From: Chrysomallon squamiferum
Taxonomy: Eukaryota > Animalia > Mollusca
DNA: 64,000 nucleotides
Direction of reading: 5' to 3'
Assembly: GCA_012295275.1 (NCBI GenBank)
Contig: CM022665.1
Coordinates: 24,862,001 to 24,926,000 of the forward strand
Numbering within the stretch: position 1 is the stretch's first letter; every line of letters begins with the position of its first letter. A program made the position numbers and the translations under genes. Positions 10,972 to 25,382 of the stretch are shown here, piece by piece. The notes beneath the pieces are model-generated. The model was not told the origin of the DNA and searched no databases. It saw only the letters and a list, made by a program, of their open reading frames with translations.

Positions 10972-13703
10972 AAGAACAAGAACGTGTATTAAAATAATTA
11001 TGTGTGAAGAACAGCTTCATTAAAAAGAACACAGAATCACTGTGTTACCAAACATTGAGATAAACTTGTAACTAAATACAGGCACATACATGCATACATA
11101 CTTAGAGAGAAATGAAAATAAATTTGAGGAAGAAGTATACAGAGAAGAAACATGAAGATCAAGAAATACTTAAATGAATAAAATAAAATAACAAAATAAC
11201 AGTAAGTATAATAATAAATAACCAGAAATAAAGATTCCGACATATATAGGCACAGAGACACGTACGGGTTTCAACAGATATATATTCATATGTAAAAACT
11301 AATACATATATGCAAAGTCAAGAGAAACTTTTCAGTTTAAAACCGAAATTTCACAGAAACTTAATCAGTGTAAAACACACAGTCCACACGCTAACAATAC
11401 TGAATGTGAAAAATGATACTCTTCTACGTGAGGTTTTGCCAAGAGTCTACGAAAACGTGAAAAGCATGTACCTCGTGAACAACCACAACTGCACGTGCAA
11501 ATAGGTTATAAAAGTTATTTAACTAGTCTATGCACCGGAGACCTTTTATTACGATTTTTTTTTTTTTTTTTTTATTCTTGCACTGGGGCAAGTGGTGGTC
11601 GCAGTCACTTACCACTGAGCTTGAATTATTCAACATGTTTTCAGTGTGTTGTCCACGAAGTGAAACGTTTAATTTTTGTTCCCCACATTACTTTAGCAAA
11701 TTCTGGCGATATGATCAGATTTTGTATGATTATCATTTGTAGTGTGTGTCTATTACGTTGACATTTTGACTTTTTCAATACCGTTTACTTACTTCGTTCT
11801 CATATCTTTTATTGTTATTTAACTAGAGAGAGTTCAGTCTATGGCAAAGCTGGTACGTAAACCATAAATGCAAATAGACACAATGAAAATAATTACTACC
11901 CTTTTTATTACTGAATTTACTGTAGAACTTAGTTCGTAAGAATGGTCTGTTTCAATGAGCGCTTTGTGAAATAAAATGAAATGAAGTATAAAAAAGTAAA
12001 ATATGAATTTTTTCTTATCTATTTATTTATTGTTTTTATTTTATTTATTCTTTTTTATTTTATTTATTTATTTATTTATTTATTTTTTTTGTTAAAATTC
12101 ACACCTAGAACGGGAAAAAGGTGTATTCTGAGTTTTAACTGATGAAATGCTTTTAAAAATTTTATTTGTTTGGCGTGGATGATCATATGACAACATGTCA
12201 GATGCATGGATATGTAAAATCCAGGTTTAATACAAGTTGCATGGGATAAATACCAATCTACAAAGCAAACCTTATAAGAATGCAGAAGTTAACAAACCGA
12301 CATATAAAAATGAAATAAGTAAAAAAAAAAAAAATAAACATAAAAAAAAATCTGACATTGATAGCAGTAGTAGCCGTAATAATAGTAGCAGTAACAGTAG
12401 TAGTAATAGTAGTATCATCAGTAGTAGTAGTAGAGGGTAATAGTAAAACTGCTACTACTAGTAGTAATAATAATGATGTTGTTGATGTTGATAAATAAAA
12501 AATAAAAACTATATTATAACTCCGAGATAAATGTTTACAACTTACAAATACTCTGTCATGCAAGAAGAAGGGGCAACATCGCATACCACTGATTGAACTC
12601 AGCAGTATCTTGAGGATGCAAAGCAGCATTCCTAAAGAAGGATGAAAGGCTGTCACAAAGTCCGGACTGTAATCCGACAGATATTTTTTATGTGGAATTC
12701 ACCGAATAACAAGATATAGGAACGTTGAATGGACAAGTTCACTGAGTAGAAATTAAAGACAAAAATCAATGAAAGTTGGAACACGATCATCCTTGAGTAG
12801 ATTCCGAGATACATTCAGAAGTCTGCAGGAAAAAAATGGAGGACCCATTGATCATCTGTTCAAGTAGACTAATGGGAAGATGACCTTCTTACATTCCGGA
12901 ACTACAGTTTTCGATATCAAATGTTGATTTTTCTTATGTTAAAACTACTATAGATATTCAACTTTCAGTTGTAACATAAAACGTCCATGTATATATTTAG
13001 AGAGTTTCGAATTGTGATTTGTGATATGTTGGGTATTAAAGTTAAGTGCGATAACGACATACAGATGTAGTATAATACAATTAACTTCTATTAATTAGGA
13101 AACCAGATAAAAACAGAAGATACGTCTGCCCTTGGCACTTCCCCTGTCAATGACAGTGTCAAGAAGGGATTACGAGCATCACTTTTGATTAATTATAAAT
13201 AACATCTTTGTTAAGACAACATCTCCAGCATTTCCCAAATCTTAAAACAGTATAAAGTAAAATAAAACAAAAATAAAACAAAAATAAAACAGAATATAAA
13301 TATATATAAATAGACGTCTTTTCAGTGGCAGTCATGACCTCACTGGGTCCGGACCTTCGATGAGGTCAGATCAGGATCACATTACGAAAATAAATTTAAT
13401 TATAATCTGATGAGGTCAAGTGATGACTTCTGATTGAGGACTGTCGATTGGTTACAAGATACATCTAGTATATATAGAGGTAGATAGATGCTTCTTAGTA
13501 TCACTTCAAAACTGACTATCACTTGAACATTTCCTCTCTACCACTGTTGGTAAGTATTTCTTGTTATTTATATACGGTAAATCATCTCTCTTTTTTAATT
13601 TTATTATATTTTATTTGTTTATTTATTTATTTGTTCAATTTAATTTAATTTAATTTAATTTAAAATAATTTAATTTTTATTTCTTCATCTCCAGATTTTC
13701 AAA

Positions 13704-14093
13704 ATGATGAAGGCTGTTATCATCGTTCTTCTTGCCTGTTTGACTCTTGCCTCTGCTGGCATGATGATGCCAATGTACGGTGGATATGGAGGCTACGGTA
13801 TGGGAGGATATGGAATGGGGGGATACGGCATGGGAGGATACGGATATGGAGGATTCGGAATGGGAGGTTTATCTCTCGGAGCATATGGCGGATATGGGGG
13901 ATACGGAGGATACGGAGGATACGGAGGTATGATGGCAGGTGGCATGATGGGAGGTGGTATGATGGCAGGTGGCATTATGGGAGGTGGCGTGATGGGAGGT
14001 GGCGTGATGGGAGGTGGCGTGATGGGAGGTGGCATGATGGCTGGTGGCATGATGGCTGGTGGCATGATGCGTGGTGGCATATACGGACGTTAA
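13704..14093 (+). CDS. Secreted Gly/Tyr/Met-rich protein, gene 4 (129 aa)
   Basis: Intact ORF with signal peptide, GGY block, 10 pentapeptides and IYGR*. Splice sites are conserved. Confidence 0.94.
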   Translation: MMKAVIIVLLACLTLASAGMMMPMYGGYGGYGMGGYGMGGYGMGGYGYGGFGMGGLSLGAYGGYGGYGGYGGYGGMMAGGMMGGGMMAGGIMGGGVMGGGVMGGGVMGGGMMAGGMMAGGMMRGGIYGR

Positions 14094-14529
14094 TAATGTA
14101 CATGTAAGTTAAAATTATAACAAGAAAGTAATCTTCGTCAGTGCTTGGTTTTTGTTAAATTTTAAAATCAGTGTATTTCTTTAATTTCTAAATTTACGTC
14201 ATCTACAAGTCAGACGCACATATTTCTAATCTAGAGATTACACATTAATATCATTATAAAATATAAAATGTTCTTCTACATCCAGAAATCGGTCGCAGAT
14301 AATTAGAAATAAATCATAAACACACGAATGAAAAAGAGTCTATTTGTTTTCTTTCAGAATCCACACAGTGTACAACCGAAAAGAAGATAACTGTAACTGG
14401 TTTTAACCAGTGCAACTATTAACTGAATAAAGTATTTTAGAAAATATGATAGTTTTTGTTTGCTTATTTATAATTTACAATAATTAATAATAATAATCAT
14501 AATCATAATCATAATAATAATAAGAATAA

Positions 14530-14577
<48 letters not shown>

Positions 14578-17318
14578 AACAACAAGAACGTGTATTAAAA
14601 TAATTATGTGTGAAGAACAGCTTCATTAAAAAGAACACAGAATCACTGTGTTACCAAACATTGAGATAAACTTGTAACTAAATACAGGCACATACATGCA
14701 TACATACTTAGAGAGAAATGAAAATAAATTTGAGGAAGAAGTATACAGAGAAGAAACATGAAGATCAAGAAATACTTAAATGAATAAAATAAAATAACAA
14801 AATAACAGTAAGTATAATAATAAATAACCAGAAATAAAGATTCCGACATATATAGGCACAGAGACACGTACGGGTTTCAACAGATATATATTCATATGTA
14901 AAAACTAATACATATATGCAAAGTCAAGAGAAACTTTTCAGTTTAAAACCGAAATTTCACAGAAACTTAATCAGTGTAAAAAACACACAGTCCACACGCT
15001 AACAATACTGAATGTGAAAAATGATACTCTTCTACGTGAGGTTTTGCCAAGAGTCTACGAAAACGTGAAAAGCATGTACCTCGTGAACAACCACAACTGC
15101 ACGTGCAAATAGGTTATAAAAAATTATTTAACTAGTCTATGCACCGGAGACCTTTTATTACGATTTTTTTTTTTTTTTTTTTTTTGTTCTTGCACTGGGG
15201 CAAGTGGTGGTCGCAGTCACTTACCACTGAGCTTGAATTATTCAACATGTTTTCAGTGTGTTGTCCACGAAGTGAAACGTTTAATTTTTGTTCCCCACAT
15301 TACTTTAGTAAATTCTGGCGATATGATCAGATTTTGTATGATTATCATTTGTAGTGTGTGTCTATTACGTTGACATTTTGACTTTTTCAATACCGTTTAC
15401 TTACTTCGTTCTCATATCTTTTATTGTTATTTAACTAGAGAGAGTTCAGTCTATGGCAAAGCTGGTACGTAAACCATAAATGCAAATAGACACAATGAAA
15501 ATAATTACTACCCTTTTTATTACTGAATTTACTGTAGAACTTAGTTCGTAAGAATGGTCTGTTTCAATGAGCGCTTTGTGAAATAAAATGAAATGAAGTA
15601 TAAAAAAGTAAAATATGAATTTTTTCTTATCTATTTATTTATTGTTTTTATTTTATTTATTCTTTTTTTATTTTATTTATTTATTTATTTATTTATTTTT
15701 TTTTGTTAAAATTCACACCTAGAACGGGAAAAAAGGTGTATTCTGAGTTTTAACTGATAAAATGCTTTTAAAAATTTTATTTGTTTGGCGTGGATGATCA
15801 TATGACAACATGTCAGATGCATGGATATGTAAAATCCAGGTTTAATACAAGTTGCATGGGATAAATACCAATCTACAAAGCAAACCTTATAAGAATGCAG
15901 AAGTTAACAAACCGACATATAAAAATGAAATAAGTAAAAAAAAAAAAAATAAACATAAAAAAAAATCTGACATTGATAGCAGTAGTAGCCGTAATAATAG
16001 TAGCAGTAACAGTAGTAGTAATAGTAGTATCATCAGTAGTAGTAGTAGAGGGTAATAGTAAAACTGCTACTACTAGTAGTAATAATAATGATGTTGTTGA
16101 TGTTGATAAATAAAAAAAATAAAAACTATATTATAACTCCGAGATAAATGTTTACAACTTACAAATACTCTGTCATGCAAGAAGAAGGGGCAACATCGCA
16201 TACCACTGATTGAACTCAGCAGTATCTTGAGGATGCAAAGCAGCATTCCTAAAGAAGGATGAAAGGCTGTCACAAAGTCCGGACTGTAATCCGACAGATA
16301 TTTTTTATGTGGAATTCACCGAATAACAAGATATAGGAACGTTGAATGGACAAGTTCACTGAGTAGAAATTAAAGACAAAAATCAATGAAAGTTGGAACA
16401 CGATCATCCTTGAGTAGATTCCGAGATACATTCAGAAGTCTGCAGGAAAAAATGGAGGACCCATTGATCATCTGTTCAAGTAGACTAATGGGAAGATGAC
16501 CTTCTTACATTCCGGAACTACAGTTTTCGATATCAAATGTTGATTTTTCTTATGTTAAAACTACTATAGATATTCAACTTTCAGTTGTAACATAAAACGT
16601 CCATGTATATATTTAGAGAGTTTCGAATTGTGATTTGTGATATGTTGGGTATTAAAGTTAAGTGCGATAACGACATACAGATGTAGTATAATACAATTAA
16701 CTTCTATTAATTAGGAAACCAGATAAAAACAGAAGATACGTCTGCCCTTGGCACTTCCCCTGTCAATGACAGTGTCAAGAAGGGATTACGAGCATCACTT
16801 TTGATTAATTATAAATAACATCTTTGTTAAGACAACATCTCCAGCATTTCCCAAATCTTAAAACAGTATAAAGTAAAATAAAACAAAAATAAAACAAAAA
16901 TAAAACAGAATATAAATATATATAAATAGACGTCTTTCAGTGGCAGTCATGACCTCACTGGGTCCGGACCTTCGATGAGGTCAGATCAGGATCACATTAC
17001 GAAAATAAATTTAATTATAATCTGATGAGGTCAAGTGATGACTTCTGATTGAGGACTGTCGATTGGTTACAAGATACATCTAGTATATATAGAGGTAGAT
17101 AGATGCTTCTTAGTATCACTTCAAAACTGACTATCACTTGAACATTTCCTCTCTACCACTGTTGGTAAGTATTTCTTGTTATTTATATACGGTAAATCAT
17201 CTCTCTTTTTTAATTTTATTATATTTTATTTGTTTATTTATTTATTTGTTCAATTTAATTTAATTTAATTTAATTTAAAATAATTTAATTTTTATTTCTT
17301 CATCTCCAGATTTTCAAA

Positions 17319-17708
17319 ATGATGAAGGCTGTTATCATCGTTCTTCTTGCCTGTTTGACTCTTGCCTCTGCTGGCATGATGATGCCAATGTACGGTGGAT
17401 ATGGAGGCTACGGTATGGGAGGATATGGAATGGGGGGATACGGCATGGGAGGATACGGATATGGAGGATTCGGAATGGGAGGTTTATCTCTCGGAGCATA
17501 TGGCGGATATGGGGGATACGGAGGATACGGAGGATACGGAGGTATGATGGCAGGTGGCATGATGGGAGGTGGTATGATGGCAGGTGGCATTATGGGAGGT
17601 GGCGTGATGGGAGGTGGCGTGATGGGAGGTGGCGTGATGGGAGGTGGCATGATGGCTGGTGGCATGATGGCTGGTGGCATGATGCGTGGTGGCATATACG
17701 GACGTTAA
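17319..17708 (+). CDS. Secreted Gly/Tyr/Met-rich protein, gene 5 (129 aa, same protein as gene 4)
   Basis: Intact ORF whose translation is identical to 13704..14093. Confidence 0.94.
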   Translation: MMKAVIIVLLACLTLASAGMMMPMYGGYGGYGMGGYGMGGYGMGGYGYGGFGMGGLSLGAYGGYGGYGGYGGYGGMMAGGMMGGGMMAGGIMGGGVMGGGVMGGGVMGGGMMAGGMMAGGMMRGGIYGR

Positions 17709-18121
17709 TAATGTACATGTAAGTTAAAATTATAACAAGAAAGTAATCTTCGTCAGTGCTTGGTTTTTGTTAAATTTTAAAATCAGTGTATTTCTTTAAT
17801 TTCTAAATTTACGTCATCATACAAGTCAGACGCACATATTTCTAATCTAGAGATTACACATTAATATCATTATAAAATATAAAATGTTCTTCTACATCCA
17901 GAAATCGGTCGCAGATAATTAGAAATAAATCATAAACACACGAATGAAAAAAAGAGTCTATTTGTTTTCTTTCAGAATCCACACAGTGTACAACCGAAAA
18001 GAAGATAACTGTAACTGGTTTTAACCAGTGCAACTATTAACTGAATAAAGTATTTTAGAAAATATGATAGTTTTTTTTTGCTTATTTATAATTCACAATA
18101 ATAATAATAATCATAATAATC

Positions 18122-18176
<55 letters not shown>

Positions 18177-20914
18177 CAACAAGAACGTGTATTAAAATAA
18201 TTATGTGTGAAGAACAGCTTCATTAAAAAGAACACAGAATCACTGTGTTACCAAACATTGAGATAAACTTGTAACTAAATACAGGCACATACATGCATAC
18301 ATACTTAGAGAGAAATGAAAATAAATTTGAGGAAGAAGTATACAGAGAAGAAACATGAAGATCAAGAAATACTTAAATGAATAAAAAAATAAAATAACAA
18401 AATAACAGTAAGTATAATAATAAATAACCAGAAATAAAGATTCCGACATATATAGGCACAGAGACACGTACGGGTTTCAACAGATATATATTCATATGTA
18501 AAAACTAATACATATATGCAAAGTCAAGAGAAACTTTTCAGTTTAAAACCGAAATTTCACAGAAACTTAATCAGTGTAAAACACACAGTCCACACGCTAA
18601 CAATACTGAATGTGAAAAATGATACTCTTCTACGTGAGGTTTTGCCAAGAGTCTACGAAAACGTGAAAAGCATGTACCTCGTGAACAACCACAACTGCAC
18701 GTGCAAATAGGTTATAAAAATTATTTAACTAGTCTATGCACCGGAGACCTTTTATTACGATTTTTTTTTTTTTTTTTTTTTGTTCTTGCACTGGGGCAAG
18801 TGGTGGTCGCAGTCACTTACCACTGAGCTTGAATTATTCAACATGTTTTCAGTGTGTTGTCCACGAAGTGAAACGTTTAATTTTTGTTCCCCACATTACT
18901 TTAGCAAATTCTGGCGATATGATCAGATTTTGTATGATTATCATTTGTAGTGTGTGTCTATTACGTTGACATTTTGACTTTTTTCAATACCGTTTACTTA
19001 CTTCGTTCTCATATCTTTTATTGTTATTTAACTAGAGAGAGTTCAGTCTATGGCAAAGCTGGTACGTAAACCATAAATGCAAATAGACACAATGAAAATA
19101 ATTACTACCCTTTTTATTACTGAATTTACTGTAGAACTTAGTTCGTAAGAATGGTCTGTTTCAATGAGCGCTTTGTGAAATAAAATGAAATGAAGTATAA
19201 AAAAGTAAAATATGAATTTTTTCTGATCTATTTATTTATTGTTTTTATTTTATTTATTCTTTCTTTTTTATTTTATTTATTTATTTATTTATTTATTTTT
19301 TTTGTTAAAATTCACACCTAGAACGGGAAAAAGGTGTATTCTGAGTTTTAACTGATAAAATGCTTTTAAAAATTTTATTTGTTTGGCGTGGATGATCATA
19401 TGACAACATGTCAGATGCATGGATATGTAAAATCCAGGTTTAATACAAGTTGCATGGGATAAATACCAATCTACAAAGCAAACCTTATAAGAATGCAGAA
19501 GTTAACAAACCGACATATAAAAATGAAATAAGTAAAAAAAAAAAATAAACATAAAAAAAATCTGACATTGATAGCAGTAGTAGCCGTAATAATAGTAGCA
19601 GTAACAGTAGTAGTAATAGTAGTATCATCAGTAGTAGTAGTAGAGGGTAATAGTAAAACTGCTACTACTAGTAGTAATAATAATGATGTTGTTGATGTTG
19701 ATAAATAAAAAAATAAAAACTATATTATAACTCCGAGATAAATGTTTACAACTTACAAATACTCTGTCATGCAAGAAGAAGGGCAACATCGCATACCACT
19801 GATTGAACTCAGCAGTATCTTGAGGATGCAAAGCAGCATTCCTAAAGAAGGATGAAAGGCTGTCACAAAGTCCGGACTGTAATCCGACAGATATTTTTTA
19901 TGTGGAATTCACCGAATAACAAGATATAGGAACGTTGAATGGACAAGTTCACTGAGTAGAAATTAAAGACAAAAATCAATGAAAGTTGGAACACGATCAT
20001 CCTTGAGTAGATTCCGAGATACATTCAGAAGTCTGCAGGAAAAAATGGAGGACCCATTGATCATCTGTTCAAGTAGACTAATGGGAAGATGACCTTCTTA
20101 CATTCCGGAACTACAGTTTTCGATATCAAATGTTGATTTTTCTTATGTTAAAACTACTATAGATATTCAACTTTCAGTTGTAACATAAAACGTCCATGTA
20201 TATATTTAGAGAGTTTCGAATTGTGATTTGTGATATGTTGGGTATTAAAGTTAAGTGCGATAACGACATACAGATGTAGTATAATACAATTAACTTCTAT
20301 TAATTAGGAAACCAGATAAAAACAGAAGATACGTCTGCCCTTGGCACTTCCCCTGTCAATGACAGTGTCAAGAAGGGATTACGAGCATCACTTTTGATTA
20401 ATTATAAATAACATCTTTGTTAAGACAACATCTCCAGCATTTCCCAAATCTTAAAACAGTATAAAGTAAAATAAAACAAAAATAAAACAAAAATAAAACA
20501 GAATATAAATATATATAAATAGACGTCTTTCAGTGGCAGTCATGACCTCACTGGGTCCGGACCTTCGATGAGGTCAGATCAGGATCACATTACGAAAATA
20601 AATTTAATTATAATCTGATGAGGTCAAGTGATGACTTTGATTGAGGACTGTCGATTGGTTACAAGATACATCTAGTATATATAGAGGTAGATAGATGCTT
20701 CTTAGTATCACTTCAAAACTGACTATCACTTGAACATTTCCTCTCTACCACTGTTGGTAAGTATTTCTTGTTATTTATATACGGTAAATCATCTCTCTTT
20801 TTTAATTTTATTATATTTTATTTGTTTATTTATTTATTTATTTGTTCAATTTAATTTAATTTAATTTAATTTAAAATAATTTAATTTTTATTTCTTCATC
20901 TCCAGATTTTCAAA

Positions 20915-21303
20915 ATGATGAAGGCTGTTATCATCGTTCTTCTTGCCTGTTTGACTCTTGCCTCTGCTGGCATGATGATGCCAATGTACGGTGGATATGG
21001 AGGCTACGGTATGGGAGGATATGGAATGGGGGGATACGGCATGGGAGGATACGGATATGGAGGATTCGGAATGGGAGGTTTATCTCTCGGAGCATATGGC
21101 GGATATGGGGATACGGAGGATACGGAGGATACGGAGGTATGATGGCAGGTGGCATGATGGGAGGTGGTATGATGGCAGGTGGCATTATGGGAGGTGGCGT
21201 GATGGGAGGTGGCGTGATGGGAGGTGGCGTGATGGGAGGTGGCATGATGGCTGGTGGCATGATGGCTGGTGGCATGATGCGTGGTGGCATATACGGACGT
21301 TAA
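20915..21303 (+). CDS. Gly/Tyr/Met-rich protein, gene 6, with -1 frameshift in the G-run at 21107-21110
   Basis: G4 instead of G5 (ggatatggggatac). Otherwise matches genes 4 and 5 through cgt taa at 21303. Confidence 0.8.
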
Positions 21304-21726
21304 TAATGTACATGTAAGTTAAAATTATAACAAGAAAGTAATCTTCGTCAGTGCTTGGTTTTGTTAAATTTTAAAATCAGTGTATTTCTTTAATTTCTAA
21401 ATTTACGTCATCTACAAGTCAGACGCACATATTTCTAATCTAGAGATTACACATTAATATCATTATAAAATATAAAATGTTCTTCTACATCCAGAAATCG
21501 GTCGCAGATAATTAGAAATAAATCATAAACACACGAATGAAAAAAAGAGTCTATTTGTTTTCTTTCAGAATCCACACAGTGTACAACCGAAAAGAAGATA
21601 ACTGTAACTGGTTTTAACCAGTGCAACTATTAACTGAATAAAGTATTTTAGAAAATAAAATAGTTTTTGTTTGCTTATTTATAATTTGCAATTATTTATA
21701 ATAATCATAATCATAATAATTAATAA

Positions 21727-21771
<45 letters not shown>

Positions 21772-22859
21772 AACAACAAGAACGTGTATTAAAATAATTA
21801 TGTGTGAAGAACAGCTTCATTAAAAAGAACACAGAATCACTGTGTTACCAAACATTGAGATAAACTTGTAACTAAATACAGGCACATACATGCATACATA
21901 CTTAGAGAGAAATGAAAATAAATTTGAGGAAGAAGTATACAGAGAAGAAACATGAAGATCAAGAAATACTTAAATGAATAAAATAAAATAACAAAATAAC
22001 AGTAAGTATAATAATAAATAACCAGAAATAAAGATTCCGACATATATAGGCACAGAGACACGTACGGGTTTCAACAGATATATATTCATATGTAAAAACT
22101 AATACATATATGCAAAGTCAAGAGAAACTTTTCAGTTTAAAACCGAAATTTCACAGAAACTTAATCAGTGTAAAACACACAGTCCACACGCTAACAATAC
22201 TGAATGTGAAAAATGATACTCTTCTACGTGAGGTTTTGCCAAGAGTCTACGAAAACGTGAAAAGCATGTACCTCGTGAACAACCACAACTGCACGTGCAA
22301 ATAGGTTATAAAAATTATTTAACTAGTCTATGCACCGGAGACCTTTTACGATTTTTTTTTTTTTTTTTTTTTTTTTCTTGCACTGGGGCAAGTGGTGGTC
22401 GCAGTCACTTACCACTGAGCTTGAATTATTCAACATGTTTTCAGTGTGTTGTCCACGAAGTGAAACGTTTAATTTTTGTTCCCCACATTACTTTAGTAAA
22501 TTCTGGCGATATGATCAGATTTTGTATGATTATCATTTGTAGTGTGTGTCTATTACGTTGACATTTTGACTTTTTCAATACCGTTTACTTACTTCGTTCT
22601 CATATCTTTTATTGTTATTTAACTAGAGAGAGTTCAGTCTATGGCAAAGCTGGTACGTAAACCATAAATGCAAATAGACACAATGAAAATAATTACTACC
22701 CTTTTTATTACTGAATTTACTGTAGAACTTAGTTCGTAAGAATGGTCTGTTTCAATGAGCGCTTTGTGAAATAAAATGAAATGAAGTATAAAAAAGTAAA
22801 ATATGAATTTTTTCTGATCTATTTATTTATTGTTTTTATTTTATTTATTCTTTTTTATT

Positions 22860-22890
<31 letters not shown>

Positions 22891-24518
22891 TTTTTTTTGT
22901 TAAAATTCACACCTAGAACGGGAAAAAGGTGTATTCTGAGTTTTAACTGATAAAATGCTTTTAAAAAGTTTATTTGTTTGGCGTGGATGATCATATGACA
23001 ACATGTCAGATGCATGGATATGTAAAATCCAGGTTTAATACAAGTTGCATGGGATAAATACCAATCTACAAAGCAAACCTTATAAGAATGCAGAAGTTAA
23101 CAAACCGACATATAAAAATGAAATAAGTAAAAAAAAAAAAAAATAAACATAAAAAAAAATCTGACATTGATAGCAGTAGTAGCCGTAATAATAGTAGCAG
23201 TAACAGTAGTAGTAATAGTAGTATCATCAGTAGTAGTAGTAGAGGGTAATAGTAAAACTGCTACTACTAGTAGTAATAATAATGATGTTGTTGATGTTGA
23301 TAAATAAAAAATAAAAACTATATTATAACTCCGAGATAAATGTTTACAACTTACAAATACTCTGTCATGCAAGAAGAAGGGGCAACATCGCATACCACTG
23401 ATTGAACTCAGCAGTATCTTGAGGATGCAAAGCAGCATTCCTAAAGAAGGATGAAAGGCTGTCACAAAGTCCGGACTGTAATCCGACAGATATTTTTTAT
23501 GTGGAATTCACCGAATAACAAGATATAGGAACGTTGAATGGACAAGTTCACTGAGTAGAAATTAAAGACAAAAATCAATGAAAGTTGGAACACGATCATC
23601 CTTGAGTAGATTCCGAGATACATTCAGAAGTCTGCAGGAAAAAATGGAGGACCCATTGATCATCTGTTCAAGTAGACTAATGGGAAGATGACCTTCTTAC
23701 ATTCCGGAACTACAGTTTTCGATATCAAATGTTGATTTTTCTTATGTTAAAACTACTATAGATATTCAACTTTCAGTTGTAACATAAAACGTCCATGTAT
23801 ATATTTAGAGAGTTTCGAATTGTGATTTGTGATATGTTGGGTATTAAAGTTAAGTGCGATAACGACATACAGATGTAGTATAATACAATAATACAATTAA
23901 CTTCTATTAATTAGGAAACCAGATAAAAACAGAAGATACGTCTGCCCTTGGCACTTCCCCTGTCAATGACAGTGTCAAGAAGGGATTACGAGCATCACTT
24001 TTGATTAATTATAAATAACATCTTTGTTAAGACAACATCTTCAGCATTTCCCAAATCTTAAAACAGTATAAAGTAAAATAAAACAAAAATAAAACAAAAA
24101 TAAAACAGAATATAAATATATATAAATAGACGTCTTTCAGTGGCAGTCATGACCTCACTGGGTCCGGACCTTCGATGAGGTCAGATCAGGATCACATTAC
24201 GAAAATAAATTTAATTATAATCTGATGAGGTCAAGTGATGACTTCTGATTGAGGACTGTCGATTGGTTACAAGATACATCTAGTATATATAGAGGTAGAT
24301 AGATGCTTCTTAGTATCACTTCAAAACTGACTATCACTTGAACATTTCCTCTCTACCACTGTTGGTAAGTATTTCTTGTTATTTATATACGGTAAATCAT
24401 CTCTCTTTTTTAATTTTATTATATTTTATTTGTTTATTTATTTATTTGTTCAATTTAATTTAATTTAATTTAATTTAAAATAATTTAATTTTTATTTCTT
24501 CATCTCCAGATTTTCAAA

Positions 24519-24917
24519 ATGATGAAGGCTGTTATCATCGTTCTTCTTGCCTGTTTGACTCTTGCCTCTGCTGGCATGATGATGCCAATGTACGGTGGAT
24601 ATGGAGGCTACGGTATGGGAGGATATGGAGGATATGGAATGGGGGGATACGGCATGGGAGGATACGGATATGGAGGATTCGGAATGGGAGGTTTATCTCT
24701 CGGAGCATATGGCGGATATGGGGGATACGGAGGATACGGAGGATACGGAGGTATGATGGCAGGTGGCATGATGGGAGGTGGTATGATGGCAGGTGGCATT
24801 ATGGGAGGTGGCGTGATGGGAGGTGGCGTGATGGGAGGTGGCGTGATGGGAGGTGGCATGATGGCTGGTGGCATGATGGCTGGTGGCATGATGCGTGGTG
24901 GCATATACGGACGTTAA
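24519..24917 (+). CDS. Secreted Gly/Tyr/Met-rich protein, gene 7 (132 aa)
   Basis: Intact ORF. The predicted 114-aa mature chain has, by hand count, 59 Gly, 24 Met, 14 Tyr and no Cys, Asp, Glu or Lys. Confidence 0.94.
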   Translation: MMKAVIIVLLACLTLASAGMMMPMYGGYGGYGMGGYGGYGMGGYGMGGYGYGGFGMGGLSLGAYGGYGGYGGYGGYGGMMAGGMMGGGMMAGGIMGGGVMGGGVMGGGVMGGGMMAGGMMAGGMMRGGIYGR

Positions 24918-25329
24918 TAATGTACATGTAAGTTAAAATTATAACAAGAAAGTAATCTTCGTCAGTGCTTGGTTTTTGTTAAATTTTAAAATCAGTGTAT
25001 TTCTTTAATTTCTAAATTTACTTCATCTACAAGTCAGACGCACATATTTCTAATCTAGAGATAACACATTAATATCATTATAAAATATAAAATGTTCTTC
25101 TACATCCAGAAATCGGTCGCAGATAATTAGAAATAAATCATAAACACACGAATGAAAAAAGAGTCTATTTGTTTTCTTTCAGAATCCACACAGTGTACAA
25201 CCGAAAAGAAGATAACTGTAACTGGTTTTAACCAGTGCAACTATTAACTGAATAAAGTATTTTAGAAAATATGATAGTTTTTGTTTGCTTATTTATAATT
25301 CACAATAATTAATAATAATAATCATAATC

Positions 25330-25382
<53 letters not shown>

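Noticed and set aside
3704-24917. Naming the genes shematrin, abductin, keratin-associated protein or ctenidin
   Set aside because: The similarity is compositional only and the diagnostic motifs of those families are absent, so no gene symbol is assigned.
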